Below, one piece after another: positions 1 through 10,400 of a DNA stretch of 64,000 bases. The stretch's first letter is position 1. Each line of letters begins with the position of its first letter. Both the position numbers and the translations under genes were made by a program. The notes beneath the pieces were generated by a model. It saw nothing but the letters and a program-made list of their open reading frames with translations. It was not told the DNA's origin and ran no database searches. The stretch covers positions 14,307-78,306 of the forward strand of contig JACPZA010000010.1 in NCBI GenBank assembly GCA_016195715.1, in the 5' to 3' direction. The DNA comes from Candidatus Daviesbacteria bacterium (GTDB lineage: Bacteria > Patescibacteriota > Microgenomatia > Daviesbacterales > UBA10151).

Positions 1-2
1 TT

Positions 3-350
3 GAATCTGTGACTAAAGCTAGAAGTGCTTTAATGGGAGCAAAAACTTTATCTGCAAAAGCTGCAGCTAATGATGCATTGTCTGGAGCACTCAAATCTCT
101 ATTCGCTGTGGCAGAGGCTTACCCGAATTTAAAAGCTTCTGATAATTTTAAAGAGTTGCAAGAAGAGTTATCTGATACAGAAACCAAGGTTGCAGCTTCC
201 AGACAGTTTTATAATACTAATGTGCTAGATTTAAATAATTCGCTGGAATCCTTTCCCACTAATTTAATTGGAGCTAATTTTGGCTTTCAAAAAGAAGAAT
301 TTTTCAAAGCCTCTGAAGAAGATAAAAAAGATATTCAAGTTAAATTCTAA
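3..350 (+). CDS. lemA: LemA family protein (5'-partial)
   Basis: AVAEAYPNLKASDNF..LQEEL..TE motif; frame open to the window edge; upstream of htpX. Confidence 0.95.
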   Translation, partial: ESVTKARSALMGAKTLSAKAAANDALSGALKSLFAVAEAYPNLKASDNFKELQEELSDTETKVAASRQFYNTNVLDLNNSLESFPTNLIGANFGFQKEEFFKASEEDKKDIQVKF

Positions 351-400
351 CTTCTTAAAATTTCGCAGAAATCTTCAAAAAGTGGTAAAATACGCTCAAT

Positions 401-1330
401 ATGGCAACCGTTAAAACAGCTTGGGATCAAGTTTCAAATAATACTTTTAAGACCTGGCTAATTATGTTTTTGTTTTCAGTTTTTGTAGTTGGAGTGGTTT
501 ATATTTTAGGCAGAGGTTGGGGATTAGGGGAAAGTGGGGGTTTAGGTTTAGTTGGTATGGCTTTAATTATTGCTGGGATAATGAATTTTGTGTCCTATTT
601 TTGGTCAGATAAAATTGTACTGGCAATCTCTGGTGCAAAGCTAATTGATCAAAAATCTAACAAAGAGTTATATAGATTAGTTGAAAATTTATGTATTGCA
701 GCTGGACTACCTTCACCCAAAATTTATATTTTAGAAGACTCAGCCCCAAATGCTTTTGCTACTGGTAGAGATAAAGATCACGCAGCAATTTGTTTTACAA
801 CTGGAATTTTAGAAAAGCTTAATAAACAAGAACTAGAAGGAGTTGCTGGACATGAATTATCACATATTGGAAATAGAGATACGCTACTTATGAGTGTAGT
901 TTCAGTTTTAGTAGGAACGATTGCCTTACTTTCAGATTGGTTTTTGCGAGCAATGTGGTTTGGTGGGAGAGAAAGGGATAGAGAAGATAGAAATAATGGA
1001 ATATTTTTAGTTTTAGCATTAGTTTCTGCTATTTTAGCTCCAATTGTCGCGACTTTAATTCAGCTAGCTATTTCCAGAAGAAGAGAATTTTTGGCTGATG
1101 CTTCAGGTGTGCTTTTAACTAGATATCCACAGGGCTTAGAAAATGCTTTGCTTAAAATTTCTAGAGATAAAGAGCCGCTTGAAGCAGCAAATAGAGGTAC
1201 AGCCCATTTATATATAATAAATCCCTTAAAAGGTAGTGATAGCGTTGGTTGGTTTGCTAATTTGTTTAATACCCATCCTCCAATTGAACAAAGAATTAAA
1301 GCTCTACAGGAGATGGAAGGAAAGGTTTAA
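401..1330 (+). CDS. htpX: M48 zinc metalloprotease HtpX
   Basis: PNAFATG, HELSH, SRRREFLADA, THPP motifs. Confidence 0.95.
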   Translation: MATVKTAWDQVSNNTFKTWLIMFLFSVFVVGVVYILGRGWGLGESGGLGLVGMALIIAGIMNFVSYFWSDKIVLAISGAKLIDQKSNKELYRLVENLCIAAGLPSPKIYILEDSAPNAFATGRDKDHAAICFTTGILEKLNKQELEGVAGHELSHIGNRDTLLMSVVSVLVGTIALLSDWFLRAMWFGGRERDREDRNNGIFLVLALVSAILAPIVATLIQLAISRRREFLADASGVLLTRYPQGLENALLKISRDKEPLEAANRGTAHLYIINPLKGSDSVGWFANLFNTHPPIEQRIKALQEMEGKV

Positions 1331-1374
1331 AATTCTATATTAACAGTTAACTTACTCTGGAGTATAATCCCTGC

Positions 1375-1665
1375 ATGAAGTTAACAGATATTCAAGTAAA
1401 ACATGTCGCCAAATTGGCAAATTTACCGCTCAGTTCAGAAGAGTTAAAAAAATACGGTGAGCAGCTATCTAAAATCTTAGATTATATTGAACAATTAAAC
1501 AAAATTGATACATCTAAAGTGAATCCAACATTTAATGTAGTGGATAAAAAAAATGTTTGGGATGAAGATATAGTTAAACCTTCTTTATCCCAAGAACAAG
1601 CTTTGCAGAACGGACAGACTAAAAATGACTACTTTATAACTAAAGGAGTATTTGAGGAGGAATAA
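1375..1665 (+). CDS. gatC: Asp/Glu-tRNA amidotransferase subunit C
   Basis: VKHVAKLANL N-terminus; directly precedes gatA. Confidence 0.93.
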   Translation: MKLTDIQVKHVAKLANLPLSSEELKKYGEQLSKILDYIEQLNKIDTSKVNPTFNVVDKKNVWDEDIVKPSLSQEQALQNGQTKNDYFITKGVFEEE

Positions 1666-3008
1666 TGGATCTTACAAAATTATCATTAAAACAAACCATT
1701 AAGGCTTTGGAAGATAAACAATTTTCCAAGCAGGAATTAAATCGAGCATATCTGAGTAAAATTGATACTCTAAATTCAAAACTGAATGTTTTTTTAGAGG
1801 TTGAAAAAAATACCTTAGGGATACCTGCAGCAATAAAGGATATAATTATTACTCAGAACATTAAAACAACAGCTGGTTCAAAAATTTTGAGTAATTTCCT
1901 TCCTCCCTATAATGCTACAGTTATTGGTAGATTATTAGAAAAGGGCTGCTCAGTTATTGGTAAAACTAATCATGACGAGTTTGCCATGGGTTCATCAGGT
2001 GAAAATTCAGCTTATGGAGTTACAAAAAACCCCTGGAATTTAAAAAAAGTCCCTGGAGGATCATCCTCTGGTTCTGCAGCAGCTGTGGCAGCTGATATGT
2101 GCGTATTTTCTTTAGGCACTGATACTGGTGGTTCAATTAGGCAGCCAGCTTCACTTTGTGGAGTGGTGGGTTTAAAAACAAGTTATGGCAGAGTTTCTAG
2201 GTATGGCGCTATAGCTTTGAGTTCATCTTTAGATCAGATCGGGCCCTTTACTAAAACAGTAGAGGATGCCAGGACTATTTTAGAGTGGATTTCAGGAGAA
2301 GATGGGTTAGATGCTAATTGTCATGGAAAACCATTTCAGCCACAGAAAAGTTTTAAAAATTTATCAGGTATAAAAATTGGAGTTCCCAAAGAGTATTTTG
2401 GTAAAGGTTTAGATAAAGGTGTAGAAAAAGTTATTAGAGAGGCTATTAAAAAATTAGAAGAGTTAGGTGGTGAAATAGTTGAAGTAAGTTTACCACATAC
2501 AGAATATGCGATTGCAGCCTATTATATTATCTTGCCATCGGAAGTATCTTCAAATTTGGCAAAGTTTGACGGGATTAGGTTTGGATTTGATAGATCAAAA
2601 TTTGGTGCAGAAGCAAAGCGCAGGATTATGTTGGGAACTTTTACTCTTTCTGCTGGTTATTTTGATGATTATTTTATAAAAGCTGCAAAAGTTAGAACTT
2701 TGATAAAACAAGATTTTGAAAAAGCTTTTGAAAAGGTTGATGTGATAGTGGGTCCTGTTTCTCCAACGGTAGCTTGGGATATAGGTGAAAAATTTGACGA
2801 TCCACTAGCTATGTATCTATCAGATGCTTATACAATTCCAGCCAACCTAGCTGGAATTTGTGGACTTTCTTTACCTTGTGGGTTTGTGGAGGGATTACCA
2901 GTTGGTTTACAAATTTTAGGAAAATATTGGGGCGAAGATACAATTTTATCTGTAGGTGAAATTTATGAACAAGCAACTGATTGGCATAAGGAGAAACCGA
3001 AACTATGA
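1665..3008 (+). CDS. gatA: Asp/Glu-tRNA amidotransferase subunit A
   Basis: amidase signature GGSSSGSAAAV, GTDTGGSIRQPA. Confidence 0.97.
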   Translation: MDLTKLSLKQTIKALEDKQFSKQELNRAYLSKIDTLNSKLNVFLEVEKNTLGIPAAIKDIIITQNIKTTAGSKILSNFLPPYNATVIGRLLEKGCSVIGKTNHDEFAMGSSGENSAYGVTKNPWNLKKVPGGSSSGSAAAVAADMCVFSLGTDTGGSIRQPASLCGVVGLKTSYGRVSRYGAIALSSSLDQIGPFTKTVEDARTILEWISGEDGLDANCHGKPFQPQKSFKNLSGIKIGVPKEYFGKGLDKGVEKVIREAIKKLEELGGEIVEVSLPHTEYAIAAYYIILPSEVSSNLAKFDGIRFGFDRSKFGAEAKRRIMLGTFTLSAGYFDDYFIKAAKVRTLIKQDFEKAFEKVDVIVGPVSPTVAWDIGEKFDDPLAMYLSDAYTIPANLAGICGLSLPCGFVEGLPVGLQILGKYWGEDTILSVGEIYEQATDWHKEKPKL

Positions 3009-3531
3009 ACGAGCATGGACCAGAAGGACCACGAAGACCAATGTGGCTTTCTACAAAGTTAGATATGTTGGTAACTAAGATGGATAGCCTTGCAGGTAGA
3101 TTAGGTATTGGCAGAAAAACTCCTAGTTCACCACCATCTATACCAGATAGTTTTGAAAGTTGGACTGATCCTAGACAAGTACCAGTAATTCCTCCTCCTC
3201 AGAAATTGATTATGGTTCTGAAAAACCAATACTTAATCCAGACGCTCAAAAAGTCAGTGAGGCAATTTTGAGAATTGAAGGATTGTTAAAAGAAACAAAA
3301 GAGGCACCAGAGGCGAATATTGTTTCAGTATTCGCGCAAAAGGAGATAGATCCAAAAACTAAAAAAGAAACAGTTAGAGCTTTTCCAGTTGATCTGGCAG
3401 ATAAAGGACAAAGAGTATTACTTCAAAATATATTGGGAATATTAGAAAAATCAACTGGTGACCCAAACAGAACTAGACGAGCTTCTCAATATATTGACAG
3501 TTTAATTACAGAAACAATAGAAGAAGGATAA
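3005..3531 (+). pseudogene. orphan gene split into two ORFs (3005..3271, 3268..3531) by a probable frameshift
   Basis: second frame is open from 3175, across a (CCT)3 tract; fills the gatA-gatB gap exactly. Confidence 0.55.
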
Positions 3532-3532
3532 C

Positions 3533-4879
3533 ATGACACAGATGTACGAACCAGTGATTGGACTTGAGGTCCACGTTGAGCTAAATACTAAATCCAAAAT
3601 GTTTTGCAGGTGCTCTGCAGATTATTTTGGTAAGAAGCCAAATACTCAAACTTGTCCAGTTTGTTTAGGATTACCAGGCTCACTCCCCTATATTAATAAA
3701 CAAGCAATTGAAGATTGTATGAAGATTGGTTTGGCACTAAATTGTGAAATCAGCAAAAAGTCTTTATTTGAAAGAAAAAATTATTTTTATCCAGATTTAG
3801 CTAAAGGTTATCAGATTTCACAGCTAAGATGGCCACTTTGCATTAAAGGCTGGATTGAGGTGGACCCTCCTTCGCATAAAGCTTCGGAAGGGCAGGAGAC
3901 TAGTAGAATTAGAATTAACAGGGTCCATCAGGAAGAAGATACTGGAAAGTTGACCCACTCTGGATCTGAAACTTTAATTGATTTTAATAGATCTTCTGTT
4001 CCTTTGGTAGAAATTGTCACAGAGCCAGACTTTAAAGATTCCTCACAAATTAAAGATTATGCTAAAAAGCTCCAGCAAATTTTTAGATATTTAGGGGTTT
4101 CTGATGCGGATATGGAAAAAGGCCAGATGAGACTTGAAGCGAATATTTCAGTCAGAAAAGTTGGCCAAAAGCAGTTGCCAGCATATAGAGTTGAGCTAAA
4201 AAATATTAATTCATTTAGGTTCATGGTAGCAGCAGTTGAATATGAAATTAAAAGACAGATTGAGGCTTTAGAAAAAGGTGAAAAATTAGTTCAAGAAACT
4301 AAAGGTTGGAATGAAGATAAAAAACAAACCTTTACTCAAAGGGTTAAAGAAGAGGCAAATGATTACAGATACTTCCCAGAGCCAGATTTACCAGAAATGC
4401 AATTTGAAGAATCTAAAATTAAGGATTTGGAATCAAACTTGCCAGAGTTGCCCTGGAAAAAACTAGAGCAGTTTATTGAAAAATATGGAATTAATGAAAG
4501 TAGTGCTAGGATTTTAACTGAAGATAAAGATTTAGCCGGATTTTTTGAACAACTTGTGGAATTGGGTAAGAAAGAAGGTGTATTAGCAAAAGATATTGCA
4601 AATTATGTTGTAAATCAAAAGATAGACCTTTTAAATGATTCTCCACAACAGATTATTGATGATATTAAAGCTAAAAAAACTAATTTAATTTCAGATGATT
4701 CACAGCTAGAAAAAGTTGCAAAAGAAGTAATCAGCGAAAATCCTCAAATGGTTGAGACCTACAAAAAGGGTAAAGTCACAATAATCCAAGCTCTAATTGG
4801 AGTGGTTATGAAAAAAACTGCTGGTAAAGCTGACGCCACAAAGGTTAAAATAATCCTAGAGAGTCTTTTAAACTTGTAA
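3533..4879 (+). CDS. gatB: Asp/Glu-tRNA amidotransferase subunit B
   Basis: IGLEVHVEL, RKNYFYPDLAKGYQISQ, DYRYFPEPDLP. Confidence 0.97.
   Translation: MTQMYEPVIGLEVHVELNTKSKMFCRCSADYFGKKPNTQTCPVCLGLPGSLPYINKQAIEDCMKIGLALNCEISKKSLFERKNYFYPDLAKGYQISQLRWPLCIKGWIEVDPPSHKASEGQETSRIRINRVHQEEDTGKLTHSGSETLIDFNRSSVPLVEIVTEPDFKDSSQIKDYAKKLQQIFRYLGVSDADMEKGQMRLEANISVRKVGQKQLPAYRVELKNINSFRFMVAAVEYEIKRQIEALEKGEKLVQETKGWNEDKKQTFTQRVKEEANDYRYFPEPDLPEMQFEESKIKDLESNLPELPWKKLEQFIEKYGINESSARILTEDKDLAGFFEQLVELGKKEGVLAKDIANYVVNQKIDLLNDSPQQIIDDIKAKKTNLISDDSQLEKVAKEVISENPQMVETYKKGKVTIIQALIGVVMKKTAGKADATKVKIILESLLNL
3865..3892 (+). repeat. GC-rich hairpin inserted in frame in gatB (PPSHKASEG)
   Basis: ccctccttcgcataaagcttcggaaggg, imperfect inverted repeat in a variable loop. 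Confidence 0.6.
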
Positions 4880-4932
4880 AATCTTTGTTCTTACGATAAT
4901 CTTAACTAAATAAGCTATCATTTAACTTGCCC

Positions 4933-6087
4933 ATGAGACAAAAAGGTTTTTTAAATACCCCAATTTTAGTAATTTTAGGAGTATTGATAATAACGGCAAT
5001 TTTAGGAGTAGGGCTATACTTTCGATTCTTTAAACATAGAACACCGCCTACTAAAATATTTCCAGTACCTCCAACGCAAACTGAGTCTGCTTCTCCTCAA
5101 AATTCAAATCCTCCAGCTAATTTTGCAGCTCCAGCAGTAGATAACTCCCATTTTGCTATCCATTCTTTTATTTTTTCTAATTTTTCTACCCCTACTAAAA
5201 CTTATTTGTTTGATGCTGCTAAAAGAACAGGCAAATCTTTTATTAGATTTGATTTTGCTTTAACTTCAGTTGAACCAAATCAGGGCAAGTTTGTTTTTGG
5301 AGGTTTAGATGAAAATGTCAAAATGGCTAGTGATAGAGGTTTAACAGTGGTTGGAACTTTGGGCTATTCTGCAAACTGGATCGCTGCTGCTGGAGCTTTT
5401 AAACCAACTCATGGACCAATTGATCCAAATAAATATGATGCTTATACAGATTATGTTAAACAAACAGTCGCCCATTTTCCTCAAGTTTCTTATTGGGAGG
5501 TTTGGAATGAGCCAGATGCCAAAGCGCTATATTATGATGATCCCGCCTCTTTTGCCAAAATTTTAAAATTAACTCATGATGCAATTAAAGCGACAAACCC
5601 CAATGCTAAAATTCTTTTTCCAGGAGTAGTTTTTGGCAATGAAGGTTGGGTTAGAAGTGTCTTAAATGATCCAGCAAACCCTGGCAAAGGCAACTTTGAT
5701 ATTGGTAATGTTCATATTAGAGGGACTTTGTCTTCAGTAGAAGGGAAAACTTCAGATGTGGTTTCTATTTTTAGATCTGCAGGTTCTACTCCAATTTGGA
5801 TTACTGAATTTGGATATCCTTCTGATTCAGCTTTTCAACAAGACTCAAGTTACAAATCAGGTCTTCAATCTCAAGCAGATTATTATAAAGTTGCCTTACC
5901 TAAATTAGTTTCTTTGGGAGCAGATAAAATATTTGTGACTTTAAGAGATATGGGAGCAGATGAATCTGGATGTGGTAGAACAGGAGGGCAAAATGGTTTT
6001 TGCTCTGAAGGCTTGGTAACTTTCCCATCAAGATCAGCTACATCAGGAACAGATAAGCCTTCAATGGCTGTTTTCCAGAGCCTATAG
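4933..6087 (+). CDS. membrane-anchored clan GH-A glycoside hydrolase (GH39/GH5-like)
   Basis: WEVWNEPD and IWITEFG catalytic motifs; QKGF plus hydrophobic N-terminus. Confidence 0.8.
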   Translation: MRQKGFLNTPILVILGVLIITAILGVGLYFRFFKHRTPPTKIFPVPPTQTESASPQNSNPPANFAAPAVDNSHFAIHSFIFSNFSTPTKTYLFDAAKRTGKSFIRFDFALTSVEPNQGKFVFGGLDENVKMASDRGLTVVGTLGYSANWIAAAGAFKPTHGPIDPNKYDAYTDYVKQTVAHFPQVSYWEVWNEPDAKALYYDDPASFAKILKLTHDAIKATNPNAKILFPGVVFGNEGWVRSVLNDPANPGKGNFDIGNVHIRGTLSSVEGKTSDVVSIFRSAGSTPIWITEFGYPSDSAFQQDSSYKSGLQSQADYYKVALPKLVSLGADKIFVTLRDMGADESGCGRTGGQNGFCSEGLVTFPSRSATSGTDKPSMAVFQSL

Positions 6088-6089
6088 AA

Positions 6090-7334
6090 ATGAATAAAAC
6101 AGGCTATTTGAGTCTGCCTCTAATTGTAATTATTGTTTTAGTTTTAATTCTAGCGCTAGTTGGAGCGGGGCTTTATTTAAGAACGCTTGGAAATAAAAAA
6201 ATTAATAATTTTATTAGTCAAACAGTTCACCAAGTACCAACACCGCTACCAGTGACCCCAATAGCTACTGCTCCAGCTAATTTATCCGTACTACCAGTAG
6301 TTAAGGGCTCTGACAGGTATGGAATTAACACTGGGATAGAAACCCATGATCCTGGAATAGAAAATGCTTATAAGCTTGCCAATCAAGCAGGAATAGGTTG
6401 GATTAGAATTAGCTGCAACTGGGCTAGTATTGAACCTAGTGAGGGAAAATGGAGCAATGGTTGTGATAGTTTAATTAACACTGTAACAGGAGATGGTTTT
6501 AAACTAACTGTTTCTTTTTTCTATTCAGTTTCTTGGTGTTCCGCTGCTCCAGCAGGAGTTTCTGGAGCTAAGCTAGAACACTATGCCCCTTGTGATTATC
6601 AAAAGTTTTATGATTTTGTTTATAGGATGGTTTCTAGATACGGATCAAACGCTAATGGATTAGGTAGTGGATATGGGCAAAATAAAGTCCATTTTTGGGA
6701 AGTTGGTAATGAACCTGACACTAAAAATACTCCAATTCCAGCCTCAGATTATGCCCATGCTTTGGCAGTTGCCTATAAAGCTATAAAAGCTGCAGATTCA
6801 AATGCCCAAGTTTTGCCAGCTGCTCCATCTTCTGGACAAAAAGATTATTGGCACAATGTTTTACATGATCCAAATTATCCAGCGTATAAAAGCTTTGATA
6901 TTATTAATATTCACTCATATGGAGATAAAGCTGATACTAAAAAGAGATTAGATAATGTAGTTAATGATTTAGCGAGTTTAGGAGCAAAGGGTAAACCAGT
7001 TTGGTTTACAGAAACAGGTTATCCTTCTGATTCAGCTTATCAAAAGCAGTTTAGGGGCTGGTTTTACCAAACCTATCCTTTAGGAGAAGATGGGCAAGTA
7101 GCTTATATGAAAGATATGATCCCTTATATTTTAAATACTTTGGGGGTTCAAAAAGTCTTCTGGTATACCCTGGAAGATTCTCCAAGGGATAATGGCCAAT
7201 TTTGCAACTATGGTTTGGTTTATTATCCAGGCTATCAGTGTGCTCAAAGCTTAACTATGCCTGCTACTCTTCCACCTTACTCTCTCAAAAAAGCTTACAC
7301 TGCTTATAAAGATCTAATCTCTCAAGATAAATAA
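6090..7334 (+). CDS. membrane-anchored clan GH-A glycoside hydrolase, paralog of the upstream gene
   Basis: WEVGNEPD and VWFTETGYPSDSA; KTGY plus hydrophobic N-terminus. Confidence 0.8.
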   Translation: MNKTGYLSLPLIVIIVLVLILALVGAGLYLRTLGNKKINNFISQTVHQVPTPLPVTPIATAPANLSVLPVVKGSDRYGINTGIETHDPGIENAYKLANQAGIGWIRISCNWASIEPSEGKWSNGCDSLINTVTGDGFKLTVSFFYSVSWCSAAPAGVSGAKLEHYAPCDYQKFYDFVYRMVSRYGSNANGLGSGYGQNKVHFWEVGNEPDTKNTPIPASDYAHALAVAYKAIKAADSNAQVLPAAPSSGQKDYWHNVLHDPNYPAYKSFDIINIHSYGDKADTKKRLDNVVNDLASLGAKGKPVWFTETGYPSDSAYQKQFRGWFYQTYPLGEDGQVAYMKDMIPYILNTLGVQKVFWYTLEDSPRDNGQFCNYGLVYYPGYQCAQSLTMPATLPPYSLKKAYTAYKDLISQDK

Positions 7335-7418
7335 ACTCCCTACTTGAAAATGGTCTAGGTGATGCTGTTAAATGTTTTTATCAATAATTTGTCGCGGTGT
7401 CTAATATAGCCCGTAAGA

Positions 7419-10400
7419 ATGTTGAGAAATATGCCTAATTTTGTACATCTGCACACCCACAGTGAATATTCTTTACTTGATGGTTTATCTAAAATTCCCA
7501 AATTAGTTAAAGCAGCTAAAGATTTAGGGATGAATTCCCTGGCTATTACTGATCATGGTTCAATGTATGGAGCAATTGAATTTTATAAAGCCTGCATCTC
7601 CCATGATATTAAACCAATCATTGGCTGTGAGCTTTATGTTGCTCCAAGATCTCACAAAAGCAAAGAGGGCAAAGCAGACGCAGAGCCTTATCATTTAACA
7701 GTCTTAGCCAAAAATTACCAAGGCTATTTAAATTTAATGAAGCTGGTTTCGATCTCTCATCTTGAAGGCTTTTATTATAAACCCAGGGTTGATAAAGAGC
7801 TATTAAAGGAGTTTCATGAGGGATTGATTTGTTTATCAGGTTGTCCAGCTGGAGAGTTTATTCGCTCACTTGAAGAAGAGAGTTTAAAAAAAGCAGAAGA
7901 AGTAGCTAAAACTTATTTAGAAATTTTTGGGGAAGGTAATTATTATTTAGAGCTGCAAAATCACTTTTACAGCGAATTATTAAAAGACTCAACTTTGGAT
8001 CCAGTAGTTAGAAAAGATTTAGAAAATATGAATCAAATTCAAGCTTCAACTTGGAAAGCAGCTAAATTAATCTCAAAAAAAATGGAGATTAAAGTAGTTG
8101 CCACAAATGACTTGCATTATATAAAAGAGACAGATGCACCAGCTCAAGATGCGCTAGTTTGTATCCAAACTGCTAAATTTTTAACTGATTTAAATAGGTT
8201 GCGAATGATTGATACTCCAAATTTATACCTTAAGAGTCCTGAAGAAATGCAAGAAGCGTTTTTAGATTTGCCGCAAGCTTTGGAATCTAGCGTTGAGATT
8301 GCCCAAAAATGTGATTTAGAAATTCCTTTAGGAACAGCTAAATTTCCAGTTTTTGAAATTCCAGAAGATAAAACTCCTAATCAATATTTAAGAGAGCTAA
8401 CTTTTGAGCGAGCTAAGCTACTTTTTGAATTAACAGATGAGCGCCAAAAAAGGTTGGATTATGAGTTAAGTGTAATTGAAAAGAAAAAATACGCCACTTA
8501 TTTTTTAGTAGTTCAGGATTTTATTAATTGGGCTCATTCCCAGGGAATTATTACTAACACCAGAGGTTCGGCAGCTGGATCTTTGGTTTTATATGCTTTG
8601 GGAGTAACAAATATTGATCCAATTCACTATCTTTTACCTTTTGAAAGATTCCTAAATCCTTTCAGGCCATCACTTCCAGATATTGATGCCGATTTAGCTG
8701 ATGATAGAAGAGATGAGGTAATTAGATATGTCATGAATAGATATGGAGAAGACCGAGTTGCTCACATTGTGACTTTTGGAACGATGATGGGGCGAGCGGC
8801 AATTAGAGATATTGGCAGAGTAATGGCTATTCCTTATGGTGAAGTGGATAGGATAGCTAAACTGGTACCACCTCCTCATCAAGGTTTTCATAAACCTCTA
8901 GCAGATGCAATTAAAGAAGTTCCAGAGTTAAATGATTTACACAAAAATAATCCTCAAGGCAAACGCTTACTTGATTTAGCAGTTAAAGTTGAAGGAACAG
9001 TCCGACATGCTTCAGTCCATGCAGCTGGGATAGTAATTGCCCCAGAGCCTTTAACTAACTATACCCCGCTTCAGCGAGAATCTAATGGAGAAAAGATTGT
9101 AGCGCAGTACGATATGTTTTCAGTGGAAGAAGTAGGCTTGGTGAAAATGGACTTTTTAGGGATCAGAAATTTGTCAATTTTAGGACGGGCTGTTGAATAT
9201 GTTAAAAATAATCGCGGGATTGAGGTTGATCTACAAAATGTAGATTTAAATGACAAAAAAGCTTTTGAGGTGTTATCAAAAGGTGAAACCATGGGACTTT
9301 TTCAGCTTGAGGGTTCTGGGATGACTAAACATTTAGTTGACCTTAAGCCGAATAGTATTTTTGACATTATGGCGATGATTGCACTTTATCGTCCTGGACC
9401 AATGGGTATTATCCCAGAATATATTTTAAGAAAACACAACTCTAAAAAAATCTCCTTTTTTCATCCCAGAATGAAAGAGTATTTAGAGCGGTCTCTAGGC
9501 CTTTTAGTTTATCAAGATGATGTTTTACTTACTGCTATTAATATTGCTGGATATTCATGGGAAGAGGCTGATAAATTTAGAAAAGCCATGGGTAAAAAAA
9601 TTCCTGAGGAGATGGCTAAACAAAAAGATCATTTTATCGAGGGTTGTGTTGAAAATGGGATGGAGCGGAAAAAAGCTGAGGAGTTATTTAAATTAATTGA
9701 ACCATTTGCAGCTTATGGATTTAATAAAGCTCATGCTGCCAGCTATGCCATGATTGCCTACCAAACTGCTTACATGAAAGCCAATTTTCCAGTTGAATTT
9801 ATGGCCGCTGTCATGACTGCTGAGTATGGTGACACAGATAAAATCGCTTTAGCAATTGAAGAGTGTAAAAGAATGGGAATTGTAGTTTTACCCCCAGATA
9901 TTAATTTTTCTAGTATAGGTTTTAGCCTAGAAACTTTAAAAGCTCTTTCCCAAGAAGATTTAGATCGACAAATTACCGATATTGCAGAAATTCAGCTAGA
10001 AAAAAAAGCTAAAGTGCCTAATCAAGGTATTAGATTTGGACTCTCAGCTATAAAAAATGTGGGAATGGGTGCAATTGAGTCAATTCTAGAAGCTAAAGCT
10101 AAAAAATCCTTTAGCTCGCTTTTTGATCTATGTTCTAGAGTTGATACAAGGCTAGTAAATAGAAAAACTTTAGAAAGCTTAATTAAAGCTGGAGCACTTG
10201 ATTCGTTTGGAACTAGAGCCGCTCAACTTTTAAGTTTAGATCAATGTTTAGAAGAAGCTCATAAAAATGCTAAGGCAACTCTAACTGGTCAAGCTTCACT
10301 TTTTGAAGATGAGGAAAGTTTTAGCAGCTCAAGTTTCAATTTAACAGAAGTTGAAGAAATGAGTCTAGATAAACTTTTAATTTTTGAAAAAGACTTATTA

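Noticed and set aside
9925-10025. Extra segment in DnaE before IRFGL
   Set aside because: No intein motifs, no palindrome and normal codon style; likely a lineage-specific loop.
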